Shown here piece by piece: positions 27,221-40,495 of a DNA stretch of 64,000 nucleotides. This DNA comes from Hydrolagus colliei (Eukaryota). The stretch's first letter is position 1. Every line of letters begins with the position of its first letter. Location: positions 992,001-1,056,000 of the forward strand of contig CM068756.1 in assembly GCA_035084275.1 (NCBI GenBank), written 5' to 3'. The notes beneath the pieces are model-generated. The model was not told the origin of the DNA. It was given only the letters and a program-made list of their open reading frames with translations, and did no database searches. The position numbers were made by a program, and so were the translations under genes.

Positions 27221-28327
27221 CTTTAAATGCAATTTAAGTTCAAATATTACTGTGTGTCATTGGTAAATTTGATGAAAATTAATAATGATTTATTGGGGTT
27301 ATTCTGAGCTACCTATTTTGTTCCATGTTCCTGATTTCCATGCTGCGTTCACAAATGACTATAAATAGTCAAGTATTCTAATAGAAAAAGGTTGATTACT
27401 ATGGTTGTAATGAATATTCTAGCATATTTTACGTTAGAATAATGGATAGAGCACTGATTATACCATAAGGAGCAGCTGAGACCTTTAATCAGTTTGAGCT
27501 CCTGCATTCCAGCAAAAGACACTGTGACCATTAGTACAAAGATAACATAACTGTCAAGATGTGGCTGTGGCCACAGTTCATTCTAGGAATGCTGATTTTT
27601 ACCACACATTAATGCCTCGCTCTTTACAAATAGGGTCACCAGAATTTAATGATCCCTCTCCTAATTACAAGCAATCATTGTTCTCTAATGAAGGGTCTTA
27701 TCTATTTGAAGACATAAATTAGGATATTAGCCTTTGTATTTGTCTTCATGTGTGGCTTTGGGAATTCAGTAATGCAAGATGATTTTCAACAATAATACAT
27801 CTGCCGATGACACCTGGTATACAAATGTTACTTGACTGTAGGAAAAGTAACATCAAACTGCTTTCTCTTACTCTTACAAAAGAAGAAAAGACCCTCCTCT
27901 TTCTTAAAGCAAACGGAAATCTTAACAAGACATCCATAATTCTTCTATAGGATTAGGATGTCTCCAGCTATGCAAATATGTTTCACCAACTACCAGAACA
28001 ATTTACAAGAAGACTTTTCAAGCTAGATTGAGGGCCAAAGGGGTTTCTTTAAACATGGTCAGAATCAGTTTGAAGCTGGCCTTTCTTTCCAAAGGAACAT
28101 TTACAGTCTACAGTAATCCCAAATAATTCATATATATATAGCAAGAATTGTGTGATCATGTACTGTATCTAACTTCAAATTAAGATTATTTAAAAAATTA
28201 GTTAAGCAACCTTTTTGAATAAAAATCTTATAAAAGGCAAATAACATGAGATTTTTTTTTTCTTCCAAATTAGACATTTGCATGATTCCACAGTAGCTCA
28301 TTTATAATCAAATATTTTTTATATTAC

Positions 28328-28454
28328 CTTTAATGCTGTTATTTTTTTGTTCTGTAATGGCAGATAATTCAGCGTTCATCTTGTGCACCATCCCCTGGTA
28401 ATTGTCAATTTGCTGAACATATTCAGAAACCTCACCATTGACTTGTACAATATC
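28328..28454 (-). CDS. PMFBP1: PMFBP1-like exon (127 nt, phase 0-1; absent from ORF track)
   Basis: cactag|GAT...AAAG|gtaata; DIVQVNGEVSEYVQQIDNYQGMVHKMNAELSAITEQKNNSIK resembles recalled [21 protein letters not shown]. Confidence 0.85.
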
Positions 28455-28589
28455 CTAGTGGCAAGACAGACCAGTCATCTGTTTACTTTCAAATGGAGAA
28501 ATCATTTAACTCAAAATCATTTCTGACAAAGAACTTTTTGGGAGCACCAAAGACAAATCCATTGCACTAGATGAAAATTATAATCAAGG

Positions 28590-28749
28590 AAACGTTTCAC
28601 CCGAAGCACAGCACTCTGAACCGTGCAGCTGTCCCCCAGAACTCCTATGGACTGTCAGCCTATTATGATTTCAGAACCCCGACGTGGAGCTTGAAGCCAT
28701 CCCCTTCTGACCTAGAGATGGGAGTGCTACCGACTGAGCCCAGCTGACA
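28590..28749 (-). mobile_element. Older DeuSINE 5' head fragment
   Basis: Reverse complement TGTCAGCTGGGCTCAGTCGGTAGCACTCCC...GGTCAGAAGG...TAGGCTGACA, related to the 36132 copy. Confidence 0.65.
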
Positions 28750-29604
28750 TCTAAGTCCAGGGAACTTTTATAACACACAACAAAGGAAAAATAATCGAAA
28801 ATTTAAACCATTTCCACTGTTGACCTTTTGTAGATGATATGAACTCTGGAGTCCACTTTTGCCTGCTGCACAGTAAGAGCAGCAGACAAAAAAACACCTT
28901 GAAATTGAAATTGCATTGATGATGATTGTGAGGCACATATGCACTGAGAGCAACAGCACCTGAGGAGAGAAGCACAGGCTTGAATATGGTTATTGATCGA
29001 AGGCCAGAAAACCTGTGAAAAAAATGAGGAGTCCATGCCTTTCCTTATTTAATACACAACACTTGGGAAAAACACAAATTAGTTAAGATGTCAAAAGAAA
29101 TAAAATTATAATTTAGCTGAAGATTAATCTCTCACAAAGCACCAGTTAAGATGTGTCAGCACTGGTTGCCATCTCTGTAAAATTTAGATGATTGGCATTT
29201 CGTGACAATTTAATTCAGCTTGCAACCTATGACCTATTCAACATCCAGGCCTGCATGCAGCACACTGAAAATTTACAAGATTTTAACATATATCCTGTAT
29301 GAGCACACCGTAATTCTACATTATTCATATTTATTGCCACTATGTGACAAGAAATTAAAATCTGATGCATAGACCTGAAAGTAGACCATGCATACATTAA
29401 TTTAGAGTTGCATAGTCACAAATCTAAGTGGCACAATAGGATTTATTTTGTTTAAGTTATTTGTTTGCTTCATTCACATCCACCAAATGGGTGTAGAAGT
29501 GTGGGGTAAAATATATTTGCCCCTAATGCATCGCATGCAGCTAATGATCAATGCAGTTACAGTTAATATTCACAATTAAATTACTAAATGTGTGCCTATG
29601 GTGT

Positions 29605-29713
29605 AGCCCACAAATATACAGTCAATTCACTTTACAGTATATTCTGTGAAGCGCTTTGAGACGTCAATAAGATGTGAAAAGCGCTGTATCAAATGCAAGG
29701 ATTATTATTATTA
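29605..29713 (+). mobile_element. SINE 3' part
   Basis: GCCCACAAATATACAGTCAATTCACTTTACAG...AAATGCAAGG(ATT)n. Confidence 0.85.
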
Positions 29714-30631
29714 TAGCATTTGTATAGATTAAACTTTATCAAGTAGCAAATTCCAAAAGTTTACAGAAATGATACATCAAGAACGGATATTTCCTCTGAG
29801 GTTTAAACCACCTTCACTACATCCTTGAACTTGTTACAGTACTTGTTTTTTAGATCAAAGATTTGAAAGAGAAGAAATACATAAAACAGAGTCAAGTAAT
29901 GCAAAAATGAACACTGGATCTAACACTGGATCACTGGGCCTAATGTGTGCCCACCATATTTTCCTGGGAGCATAAATTCTGGAGTAGTCTTTATGAATTA
30001 TGTTTGTCAACATGTCTTTTGATGAATATAAGTTACTTTTTGCCAGGTTTGATGTTTTAAGTACTTATTTCACACTTTTAAACATGGACATTTCAAAAAT
30101 TATTTTCTGGATACTACAGGGCAGAAGAGAAGTATTTAAGCGTTCACACGTTTAAACAATTTATCCCAAGGTTACCAGTTATCAGCAGTGTTTGATAATG
30201 TTAAGCAAAGGTCAATGTATATACTGTATGAATAAGATCATAAGTGCTATCCACTATATGTCTGCAATATTAGCAAATGAATAGTAATACTAAAACTTGC
30301 AGTTGATATAGTGCCTTAGCACACCATTGAGGTGACCAAACTTCGTGGGTGGATATTTCACCCTAGTGGCATGGGGCTGGTTTTGGGTGCGGATGGGTTT
30401 CAGATTATCTGTGGTGAGGTATCCAGTACACTGGGATACCTCCATCCCCGCCCCCAGGAGGATAGGTTGGTGGGAAGGTGATTTCAATGGGTTTTTACGA
30501 CAGTAGGGGGCTCACTGCCTCAGGCCCCTATGCAATTGCATGAGTTTACCGATGGCATTAGGCACTTTTAACAGCAACAAAATTGAGGTAAGAAATTATA
30601 GCAACATTAATTCAGTGATTTTATAGGTGAT

Positions 30632-30738
30632 TGTCCCGTAGCTCAGTGGTTAGAACACTCAACTCACAAGTGAGAGACCTGAGTTTGATTCCAGACAGGG
30701 CAAAACCTGATCAAGGTTCTTTACCGCACACGCCTGAT
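30632..30738 (+). mobile_element. SINE 5' (tRNA head) fragment
   Basis: GTCCCGTAGCTCAGTGGTTAGAACACTC...ACAAGTGAGAGACCTGAGTTTGATTCCAG...CACACGCCTGAT. Confidence 0.8.
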
Positions 30739-30949
30739 CACTCAGGGGGATCAGATGAGTAAGGATCAGCATCTCAGGAATATGATCTGTTGCTGCTGTG
30801 TTTGTAATGTACATATTCAGTAAATTCAGGCATTTGTTGTGTATGTTTGGGGCAGAATTCTAACACTTTGGTTGTGATCCTATTAATTAGGAAGAAAGCA
30901 AAGAAGCATCCTGTAGAAAATACTCAATTCCAATAGTTGATTTCTAGAA

Positions 30950-31085
30950 ATATTCCATCTCAAGACCTACACCTCTTTGATCATGCTTTCGGTCATCTTT
31001 CCCGTACCCACCCTCCTTTGGCTCCAGTTTGGGAGGAGATCCCTTGGGATCTCCTCCCAAACTGAAAGATGCTGAATAAATAGAG
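30950..31085 (+). mobile_element. L2 LINE 3' end containing a perfect palindrome
   Basis: CATCTCAAGACCTAC..CTCTTTGATCATGCTTTC (HLKTY/LFDHAF) then diverged tail CCTTGGGAT..CTCCC..TGAAAGATGCT. Confidence 0.65.
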
Positions 31086-33342
31086 ATTTGTATTTGTAAT
31101 CCAGCCGTAAATACAGATGCACAAGACATCAACTCTTTTATGGTAGCCAATGAGGGAGGTGCTACATTGTTGAAGATGCTGTATTTCAGATGGATGGCCA
31201 AGGTAAGGTCCTATCTATCTTTTAAGATGGACATTATCGATCCCTTAACACTATTCAAACAGTGAAGGAAGTTTGACCTCATTATTTGTCTCCTTTCTTA
31301 TTTTCATTATACTGTATATGCTTTTCATTCTGATAGCTTGTTATCCGTGTGACAAGCTATCAGCATGTTAACTCCAGTTAAAAGGAGAATATCGGTTGCT
31401 CCGATATTCCCACTTTGATGCACACAAATTCTCCTTTTCAATATGCTGTCGAATTGTTTACTTTCATCATGGGGCCAGTGAACTTTTTCACTCTATGAAA
31501 TCTAATCAGATAAGTCACAAGGAGACTGGATCGTCAAGTAGGTACATGGCCACAAAGACAAAGCTGTAAAAATAAATCTGCTCTTATTTCACCCAACCAA
31601 ATGCTGCCAATTTACAGTTCATTTAGCACTAAAAGTTGATAAAGCACTAAAACTATACTTAAAACATGACTGCTTAAAAATTAAACAATAAATAAATAAA
31701 TGACAACTCCAAGACTGTGTAGAAAACCATTTAGGACAATAATACATAGTCCTCCATGCGAGTCTCAGCTGAAAGCAATCAATTAATGGTGCTTAAAGTA
31801 AAGCCATCAGCTTCATTTGCAAGACTTTGAATACACAATAACACACACTGTAAATCTTGTTACAAGGAATGGAACTACTCCTTTAAATGTAATGCTTCCA
31901 ATTTGTCAGTTCTGCCAGTCAACATCATATTACATTAATAACTTTTGCTGTGTGGACTAATACTTCATTTTTAAAAGTAGCAATTCTTGTCATATAAGAG
32001 TGAATGATTTCCAAATGGTAAAGAAATAACCAAATGCAACGCAATCAATCTTCAATCACAAAGTCTTAAAAAGGCTTTATCCATTTCGGCCTTCCTACTT
32101 ACTCTGCATTTCATAACTATCAATAACATATGGAGATAATTCTGAACTATTCAGAATTTCCAATGTCATTTGTGTAAAGGGAGTGGGGGAGGTAAGAAAA
32201 ACTAATTACAATTATGGCTGAAAAAATCCACTTGGTGGAATGACAAAATGTATTTGCGTCTGGCTATTTAAGATCATTAAGCAGGCATACAGCATGTTTT
32301 TGCAAACGCATCATTTTCTGCTAAAGTATAATTCTCATACTTCTTTATTGTAATAATAATCTTTGTATCTGACATTGCACCTTATAATTGGTTGAAAATT
32401 GTGTCAGAAGAATGCGTGGCATAACACACAGGAAGTGATATCAGTGATAACCGGGAAGTTGGATATTTTTCCAAGCTTTGTTATAACACAGGGCATTGGA
32501 TCCAGGTGATTACATTATAACAGGGTTGTCTGGCTTCAACACAGCAAGTATCTTGGTTGCGGCTATTATACTAAAATGTTGGTAGTAATTTGCTAGCTAA
32601 ATGCCATTTTAGAGTACAGTACATTGTCTACATTTGTCACAGCAAAAGTGACTTGGCCACATTTAATGACTTGGTTTATAATTCGAGCCGTCCCCTGGAG
32701 GTCAAAATATCTGGACTCGGGCTGTTTTCATGCCTGTCTTGTCCAGTATTACAATCAAGAGTCACCCTTCTAGGGACAGCTCCACCCTCAACATCCCTCA
32801 TTCTATGGTCATTGGTTTTGTGTTATGGAGTGATTAGCACTTGCAGCAGCAGAAGCCTTGGGTAAAATGGTCAAGACTGAACCAAATAGGATCAAGCTGC
32901 AGGACCAATACTATCACATTTGACAGACTGTTGGCACAGCTGACACTGCAGATTGTGTTTCAGCCACTGTGTTACTTCTGGTTTGTGTCAGGGGGGGTGG
33001 GTGGGGGAAGAGACTTGGAAACGCGTGGATTTATGAATTATTCGGGACTTAAGGCTGCTCTGAGCTGAATTTATATTTATAAATTAAAAACAGGAATTGA
33101 AGTGCAGAGTTCTTCAAAAAGCTTGATAAGTGGGGATTATAGAGCAGTATTTAATATATTCCAGTATTTTTAACATAGCCATGAAGGATTTTGCCTTTAC
33201 TATATTAATGTTTTTCCAACTGAAGAGCAGTTCCACATAATGCCCTACAGTTTAGCTCTCAGTAAAGGCTCTATAGTTTGAATTAACTCACAAAACAACA
33301 CAGAATGATTGCAAAAGTATTAAAGAAATGACATGGACCCAC

Positions 33343-33465
33343 CTTTTTAAGACTTTCAATGTGACTAATCTGAGATTCATACTCTTTGTCAGAGTGGCTG
33401 TGAATGGCTTTGTAGGAAGCAAAATCTGTTTGGAGTTTTGTAATAGTGTCTTCCTGTTCGGTAGC
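33343..33465 (-). CDS. PMFBP1: PMFBP1-like exon (123 nt, phase 0-0; absent from ORF track)
   Basis: ttacag|GCT...AAG|gtgggt; ATEQEDTITKLQTDFASYKAIHSHSDKEYESQISHIESLKK; KLQTDFASY resembles recalled PMFBP1 KLQADFASC. Confidence 0.85.
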
Positions 33466-35182
33466 CTGTAATGAAAGATATGTCCGTGGTTAGAAGGAAA
33501 GCAACTATCTATCTTTCCCTGTGGAAGTATCTTTGGTTAGCTTACATGTATTTCTATTTGTGAGTAGCTTTTAAAGCAAGCCTAGCTTTTAGATGAATTG
33601 CAATGCTACATTTCTATAAAAATATATTGAGGTATCCCTTTGCCCTCTTGAACACTGCATTTTCTGAAGAAACTAGCCTCCATCATGTAAGTGAAAAAGC
33701 TGCATTATAAACAGGAGCACAACGATCCTTACCCTTCAACCCCCATTCAATCTCACAAGAAAGTGTTGATAGGAAAAGGATGTCTTGTTCAATGGGGTTC
33801 AAAAAGCACCAAGGTAACAAGTTAGCCTTCAACAGATTGTTCCCAAACTCATCAGCTGGTGATAATCCAAAGAGGTTTTTTTAAATTATTGATGTAATGC
33901 ATTATTCTTGACAGATTGTCAATCTGGGAATCTGAGAAAAGTTACAAAGGTGCTTAATTAAAGGTCGCAAAGGTGACTAAGGATGATTATTAATATTATT
34001 TATTATAATTTCAAGAGGAATTTATAATCTTATGTTTAAATTTTAAATTATGAATACTTTTAAGTGAAAGGAGGTGAAAAATTAGTGATCAGAGACACAG
34101 CACAATTAAAATGACTCTTGTTCGTTCTCACTTTTAGTACAGGAAACTAATTCATTTAAAATTTTAATCTTTCCATTTTGATAACAAACCTGCAAATAGT
34201 TAAACACAACCTGAGGTTATTCTCTTCATTAAAAAGGATATTGACATTATTCTTTGGAATTGATTGAAAAGAACAGGAAAAAATCTCTCTATGAATTATA
34301 AAGTAAGTTTCAAAGGAAATTGTTTTTGCATTCCTTGTATACTGTTCCTCTTGTCTCCCTGAGGCTCGCTGATAATGGACCTCGATAAAATGCTTCTCAA
34401 TGCAAACTTATCCTATACTGTACATCTAACAGTAATATAGAGCTGCAAGGCTTGAGTCCGTGAATGTGAAATAGATCAAGAAGAGACCAAGGCTGACGTA
34501 TTACAAAATCAGTTTTACAAACTCACGAGTACCAGCAAATATGTTTATATGTGATCATGATTTGAACTTCACTCACTATGATGGAAATTCAGAAAATTCT
34601 CAAACTCCTGGCAGAAAACAACAACATCATGCAATTTGTAATATGAATAGAAATGCATTTGGTAAAATTACAGAGCATAAAAGTGGATAAAAGAAACACT
34701 GAAAAAGTAGATTTTAAGATTCGGGGGACAAAGAGGAGGCTGGACCCTATAGAGCGGAGGCAGCGGGTACTACATACTGTGATAGAACAAAGTTATTTTC
34801 TTTGAAACAACGAAAAGAAACTCATTGATGAATGTATTATGTAATATAAACAAAATCTTATAAGAACTATTGACTTGTTTCCTGCCTCCATATGTACAGT
34901 TGATTTGTCCCAAGTATATTTACAAATCCCTTTGTTACATATAAACAAAAAAAACTAATAAATTACTAATGAATTATTATCAAAAGTAAATACTTCTAAT
35001 GCTTATTATACCATTGAACAGCAGAGGTCACAAATGGGTTCAAAGGGAGAAAATCTCAAATCAGAATATTATGCCCACAATTGTCATAGAAAAATACAAT
35101 CGAGAAAGGTTGGTCAGTTTTGCTAAATATTCATTGCAAATCATTTCAGCTCTTGTATGCTACTAAAGTATGTTTGTGTGTG

Positions 35183-35370
35183 TTTGAAGACTTTCCTCTT
35201 CGATCGTGCCTTTTGTTCCACCCCGAACTCTTTTACCTCCCCTTCGTGTTTCACCCCTTCCCAAACACTCCCCTCCCAGCTCGGGTCACACGCCTCCTGT
35301 TCAGCGCCTTGGGACGTCCTCCCGACGTGAAAGGCGCTCTATAAATGTAAATTGTTGTTGTTGTTGTTGT
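35183..35370 (+). mobile_element. L2 LINE 3' end
   Basis: LKTFLFDRAF coding remnant; tail CAGCGCCTTGGGACGTCCTCCCGACGTGAAAGGCGCT followed by (TTG)n. Confidence 0.85.
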
Positions 35371-36131
35371 GTGTTTGGGAGAAGAGAAAGACCAGTTTGC
35401 TGGATCAGTTAGTTTTGACTTCCCCATTGAATTGGTGAAATGAACTCAGTCGGCTATCATAGACATTACCAGCAAATGTAAATAACAATGTTTTATACAA
35501 GTAACTCAAAGCTGCAAATCAAAGCCTAGCAAGGGTGAAAAAATCAATCTTTTTTGTGTTACCCTCAGGGCAAACACAATTTATAAATGCATCATTCAGA
35601 TAACCTCCAATATAATGTTAACAAGGTTTTAATGCCACACCTGTCTTCAAATGGTAACTTTGCGCTGCAAAAACATATAAACTAATTTCATTATCAGAGA
35701 AAAAAATCACGGAGCCCCTGGTAAAATACATTTGTTATACATTTATCTATATTCCTGTAACTAAGCCACTTAATGCTTTGCAATAAACAAGGTGTGCATT
35801 TATGTAAGATGCCCACAGGACACAGTGCAATTTTCAGATTATTTCACAAATGAGAAAGTCTACGACCAACATTACCCTAGTTAATAAGGCACTGCACATT
35901 GTAAATGACATAATCTGGCGATTTCATTGTGGACTTTTAGATTATAATTTAATTGAAAACCGAAATGCACAAATCACCCAGCCTGAGGTACAGCAACATA
36001 AAGGGAACAAGCGGTTTAGGGATTCCTGGATTTATAGGATCATGCTAAATTAACCATATTATCAGGACTCAACTAAAGTAAGTTCAAACACTCAATCCTC
36101 AATGAGAAAAATCTAATTTGCCAAAGATAAA

Positions 36132-36535
36132 GTGTCAGCCTCGCTCAATTGGTAGTAGGTTCGCTTCTGAGTCAGAACCTTACGGATTGAAGCCCCACTT
36201 GAGTCCAGCCTGGCACTGAGGGGGTTCTGCATAGTCAGAGATTATGCATTTGGGGGTTAGATATGAAACCAAGGACACGTCTGCCTGTTGAAGTGGATGT
36301 TAAAGACCCCACGGCACTATCCAAAGAGAGAAAGGCCAGCGTCTGTCCTGACCCAGAATCCCTCTGTTAAAATTGGATATTCATTTCCTGGTCATTTATG
36401 GGACATTGCTGTATACAAATCGCACTGGCTTACAAAGTACACCGTCATTACACTTTACAGGAAACATAACTGTGAAACATTTTGAGGCTCTCTTCCGACA
36501 TTAAAGTTTCTTTATCAAATTTAAGGATTATTATT
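36132..36535 (+). mobile_element. Older, longer DeuSINE (SacSINE1/AmnSINE1-like), near full length
   Basis: GTCAGCC..GCTCAATTGGTAG..CTGAGTCAGAA head; GTCTGCCTG..GTGGATGTTAAAGACCCCACGGCACTAT matches the recalled Deu domain; ATT tail. Confidence 0.7.
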
Positions 36536-38329
36536 GGATGAAGTGAGTCACAAGAGAACAGTAGGCGGGAGACAATGTTGTGGATTTGCAGCATAAAAAA
36601 AGGGTTGCAATGCTGATGTGGCAATTGGAAAACAATGGCAGTGATAACACCATGAAGGGAATTACAGCTGTGAACTTGGATCTCACTCCTGAATGGCACA
36701 GCAAATGACCACCCCCAAAGGGACAGCATTCCCAGCATTTTGGGTGACTTCAAACTGCCAACATGGAAAGGCATCAACTTTGATCAAACAAGTGTTACAG
36801 CAGCCACATTAAACGCCAACTGCACACAAGCATCAGTTTTGGGTGCCACAAGATTCAACAGAAATGTTTGGTGGGACATAAGGCCTGAAAGGACTTTTGC
36901 TTCATATTCCCAGGAGTTACTTTAGCCCACTTTTCGTACTACAAATAACTGAAAGGAAACATTCCTGGCATCCACTCAGCTAACAGGAACTCAAATCAAT
37001 AATGCTTTACAGTCCAAGTGACTTCATGTGACTAATGGAAGCCTACTACCTTGACGCCATTTTTACAAATTGAATAGTCAAATAACTTTATGGTTCAAAA
37101 TCAATATAAAATCAAATATAACACAAGAAAATGCCAATTCCACCGAAACTTAATTTTAACGGGTCACTGGCTTTTCTCTCCCCTCAACTATAGGAAGAAT
37201 TTTATTTACACTTAGCTGTCCACTACACTTATTCTCTGGCTTTGATTGGTCGTATTATTGTAACTTTCAGATTTAATCCTGAGCCCTAAAGGCAAATTAA
37301 AGAGGTAGTATAATTTTAACTCTTCCAGCTTTGGCATCCCTCAGGATTTCTGTATCGTCTGCTGGATCAGTCAGTCTTGAGTTCGCTGATTTTATAAATT
37401 CATGTTTGTATTTGTTTCTAATGAAGGGGATTTTTGGCAGTGGATTGTTAAATAGGATTTTGGGGTTTTTTTGCACATAACCCGCAACTATTTTTGTTTA
37501 TGTATGTACACTTCTAGTCCCTACAGGATTTAGATATTTGAGATTACCCGACTCTGACTGCACCACTAATATCCAATGCAGTAAAATTACCTTGTCCAGA
37601 TACAATTAATAACCCACATTACCACTATTCTGTGCAGAAACATTCTGTGTCTTGCACCCAAGACAACTGCGTTGCTTAAATACACAGCTAGCCCTTCACT
37701 TCAAAAGGGTTACCGTGCTCAGATTGAGTAAAAAGGCAAACCAAAAGATACCACAGAACCATAAAAAACAATAAGGCAGATGGCAACCATTCAATCCACC
37801 GTGTCTGCTTTGGGACTATATTGCCAAATGAATTGAATTCATATACCCAGAAATCATAATAAAGCTTTGCAGTCCTCTGGTCAAGAAACACTTAAAAGAG
37901 CGCTTACAGTTCTAATTGCCATGATATAAGGAGGTTTCTTGGCCCATCAAATTGTCCTAGTATAACAATGCAAAGCGTGATATTGATTATCTTATTGCTA
38001 GCAGCTACAACAAGGTTATATTTCAGATTATTCATTATGAAGAGCATCATAAATTACAAAGAACTTTGTAAAACATTAAGTACCAGTCAACACACTTCAG
38101 CCATTTGGAAAACAGAGCCATAGAAACTCTGGTGTAAGACCACATGACTTTGTCTTAAATATAGAACCTCACAATTGACTAATAACTTTCCAATAATCTT
38201 TGAACGGATTGGTGCTATGCTTGTTCTGGTGGGAACTGTTTTTTTTACAAAGCACAACAGTGATTGACTGGGAGAAAATCCACATGGGTCTAGAATTACT
38301 CTATTTATGTTGCATTTCAACATGGTGGG

Positions 38330-38560
38330 AGGGGTGGGGGAGGGGGGTTGGGTTAGGATGAGGGAGGCAGAAAGGTAGAATGGCAACTGAAGGCACGGTC
38401 GAAGAGAAGAGTCTTGAGACCGGTCTTGAAGGAGGCAAGGGAGGGAGCAAGGTACAAAAGGGATTGTGGGATAGAGTTCCAAAGTGTAGGGGCAGAGAGG
38501 CTGAAAGCCCAGACACCGATGGTAGGGCGGGAGACATAGAGCAGGCTGGAACCTGCCAAG
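38330..38560 (-). mobile_element. L2 LINE ORF2 C-terminus relic
   Basis: PTIGVWAFSLSAPTLWNSIPQSL..APSLASFKTGLKTLLFDRAF, the typical L2 terminal motif. Confidence 0.85.
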
Positions 38561-40264
38561 GACAATGTTCTAAACCATTGCACTATTCACACCTTCATAG
38601 AACGCCCAGAACTATTTGCCAAACTGTGGAAGCTCTGAAAGGCTACATAAAACTAAATTTAGATGGCATTTCCCTCCACAAATATATAAACAAGATGCTG
38701 TACAAAGTCAAAGCAGTTAACAAGTCTATCTATCAACGCAATGCTACTCATAATTTCCTAACATCATTTATAAATGGGAAGTAAAGAAGAATATAAAATC
38801 GCACATGATTCATTGTAACTGTCACCCATTACTGTTTAGCACCTTTCATCATTTTCAAAGTAGCAAATCTTAAAAATGGACTTTAGTGAACCTTGTAAAG
38901 ACTCCTCAAAAACATTTTCTAATCTAAGCGAATCCCATTAGCTCAGGAAAATGGCATAAAACAGTACCGCAGGAATTTACTTTAATGTCACAGTGCTGAG
39001 CTAAGGGCTTCTCTTTCCTTGCATCTAACTTAATTAAATATAATAATCCTCTTAAAAAAGATATAAGAGAAATGTTAAAATTCTAATGAAGTGAGAGCTT
39101 TCTGATTTCACTCTTTCATGAAATATGCATGTTGACTGCATCTCTTCTTCATCCATATTTAAATACATCCTCGCTGCACAAATCTGAATTGTCCCCAGTT
39201 ACAAGTCAGCTGCTTTCTGTTTGGGGCAATACTGTATTCTATTTTACCCAGCGATCGGAATCTCTAAAGCTCCACTAAATTTACACAGCTGTCTTACCCA
39301 ATCAATCTTTGTTTTAATGTCAGTGAATAATCTGCTTGCATTTCACTGATTAATCCATAAAACTGACAAAAAACATAAGAGAACCAAAGGTCAAATGATG
39401 GCAAAACAGAAAAAAGCACAGCACATGCTCATGTAAGAAGAATACCCATACTGTTACACCATCTTTAATGAAAAGCATTTGGCAATCTTTCTTCTGTTTG
39501 TTGGAACACCTAATAAGATTGTACAAATTGGGCTGCAATGTCTCACATGGGCAAAAAAATAGATACACAATGTCTGACATTCCCCTTACCTTTTAATGTT
39601 GGCAATATATCCTGTTTAATGATATTTTTGAAAGTGTACTTACAAAACAACACGATGCTTGAGTGTCTGGCATTCGTTCCTAAATATCTGGGTGAAACGC
39701 GAAAAACTTCTACGAAACAATAGCAGCCAATGGTAGTCTACTGACCATGCCGTGTAATTCACATTTTAAAGTAGTAGGTTAACCAATAGAAAAAGCGAAA
39801 TGTTTGTGAATTCGGTACAAATTCATGAAGGAAATGACTCATTAGCAACATGGTAAAAGCCAGTGTTTTGTTGGTGGGCACGGTGTTTAATGGTGCAATG
39901 AGACTTTGGTTGGAACCAAACAAGGACCAAATGTAGTCCTGACTTAGCCACATTCAAAGAACCTGTCAGGAGAGGTGGAAGAATCTTACGTTTCACCGAT
40001 TATTCTATAAAATCAACAAAAGCCGTGTCTTAAAATGATTCACAGGGAAGTTCTGTCAAGTGTAGTGACTGTATTTGTAGACAAACATGGCAACCGGCGT
40101 GTGCGCAGCAAAGTTTCACAAACAGCCATGAATTGAATGAATCATTTCTAGTTTTGTATAAATTTACTTCTCCATAAAAACGGATTGAAAATAGTGATGG
40201 AAAGATTTCTTGTCTCAAGCTTGCTCAGCACATCTACAGGTGAATACACGCATCTTATGTTTAC

Positions 40265-40495
40265 CTCACTACGATGAAGAAATGCTTTATCCCGAAGACA
40301 GCGAATCACTTCCTCGTATTGCTTAATATGTTCTCTGGATGCATTCAAAGCAGCTTTTGCAACCTGCAGCTCCTTGGTCAACTGATGGACTGTGTCCTCA
40401 CAACTTTCCACTTTACTGCGCTTGGTTTCACACTGGCCTTGCAATGTAAGAAGCTCGCTCCGAACTTTACAGACAGTCTCATCACGACTGACGAT
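40265..40495 (-). CDS. PMFBP1: PMFBP1-like exon (231 nt, phase 0-0)
   Basis: aattag|ATC...GAG|gtaaac; IVSRDETVCKVRSELLTLQGQCETKRSKVESCEDTVHQLTKELQ...LRDKAFLHRSE. Confidence 0.85.

Noticed and set aside
30310-30566. GC-richer block with short inverted ends AGTGCC/GGCACT as a hAT MITE
   Set aside because: Inverted match is too short and no target-site duplication could be verified
36720-36790. ILGDFKLP as a LINE endonuclease GDFN remnant
   Set aside because: Single short motif without supporting flanking motifs
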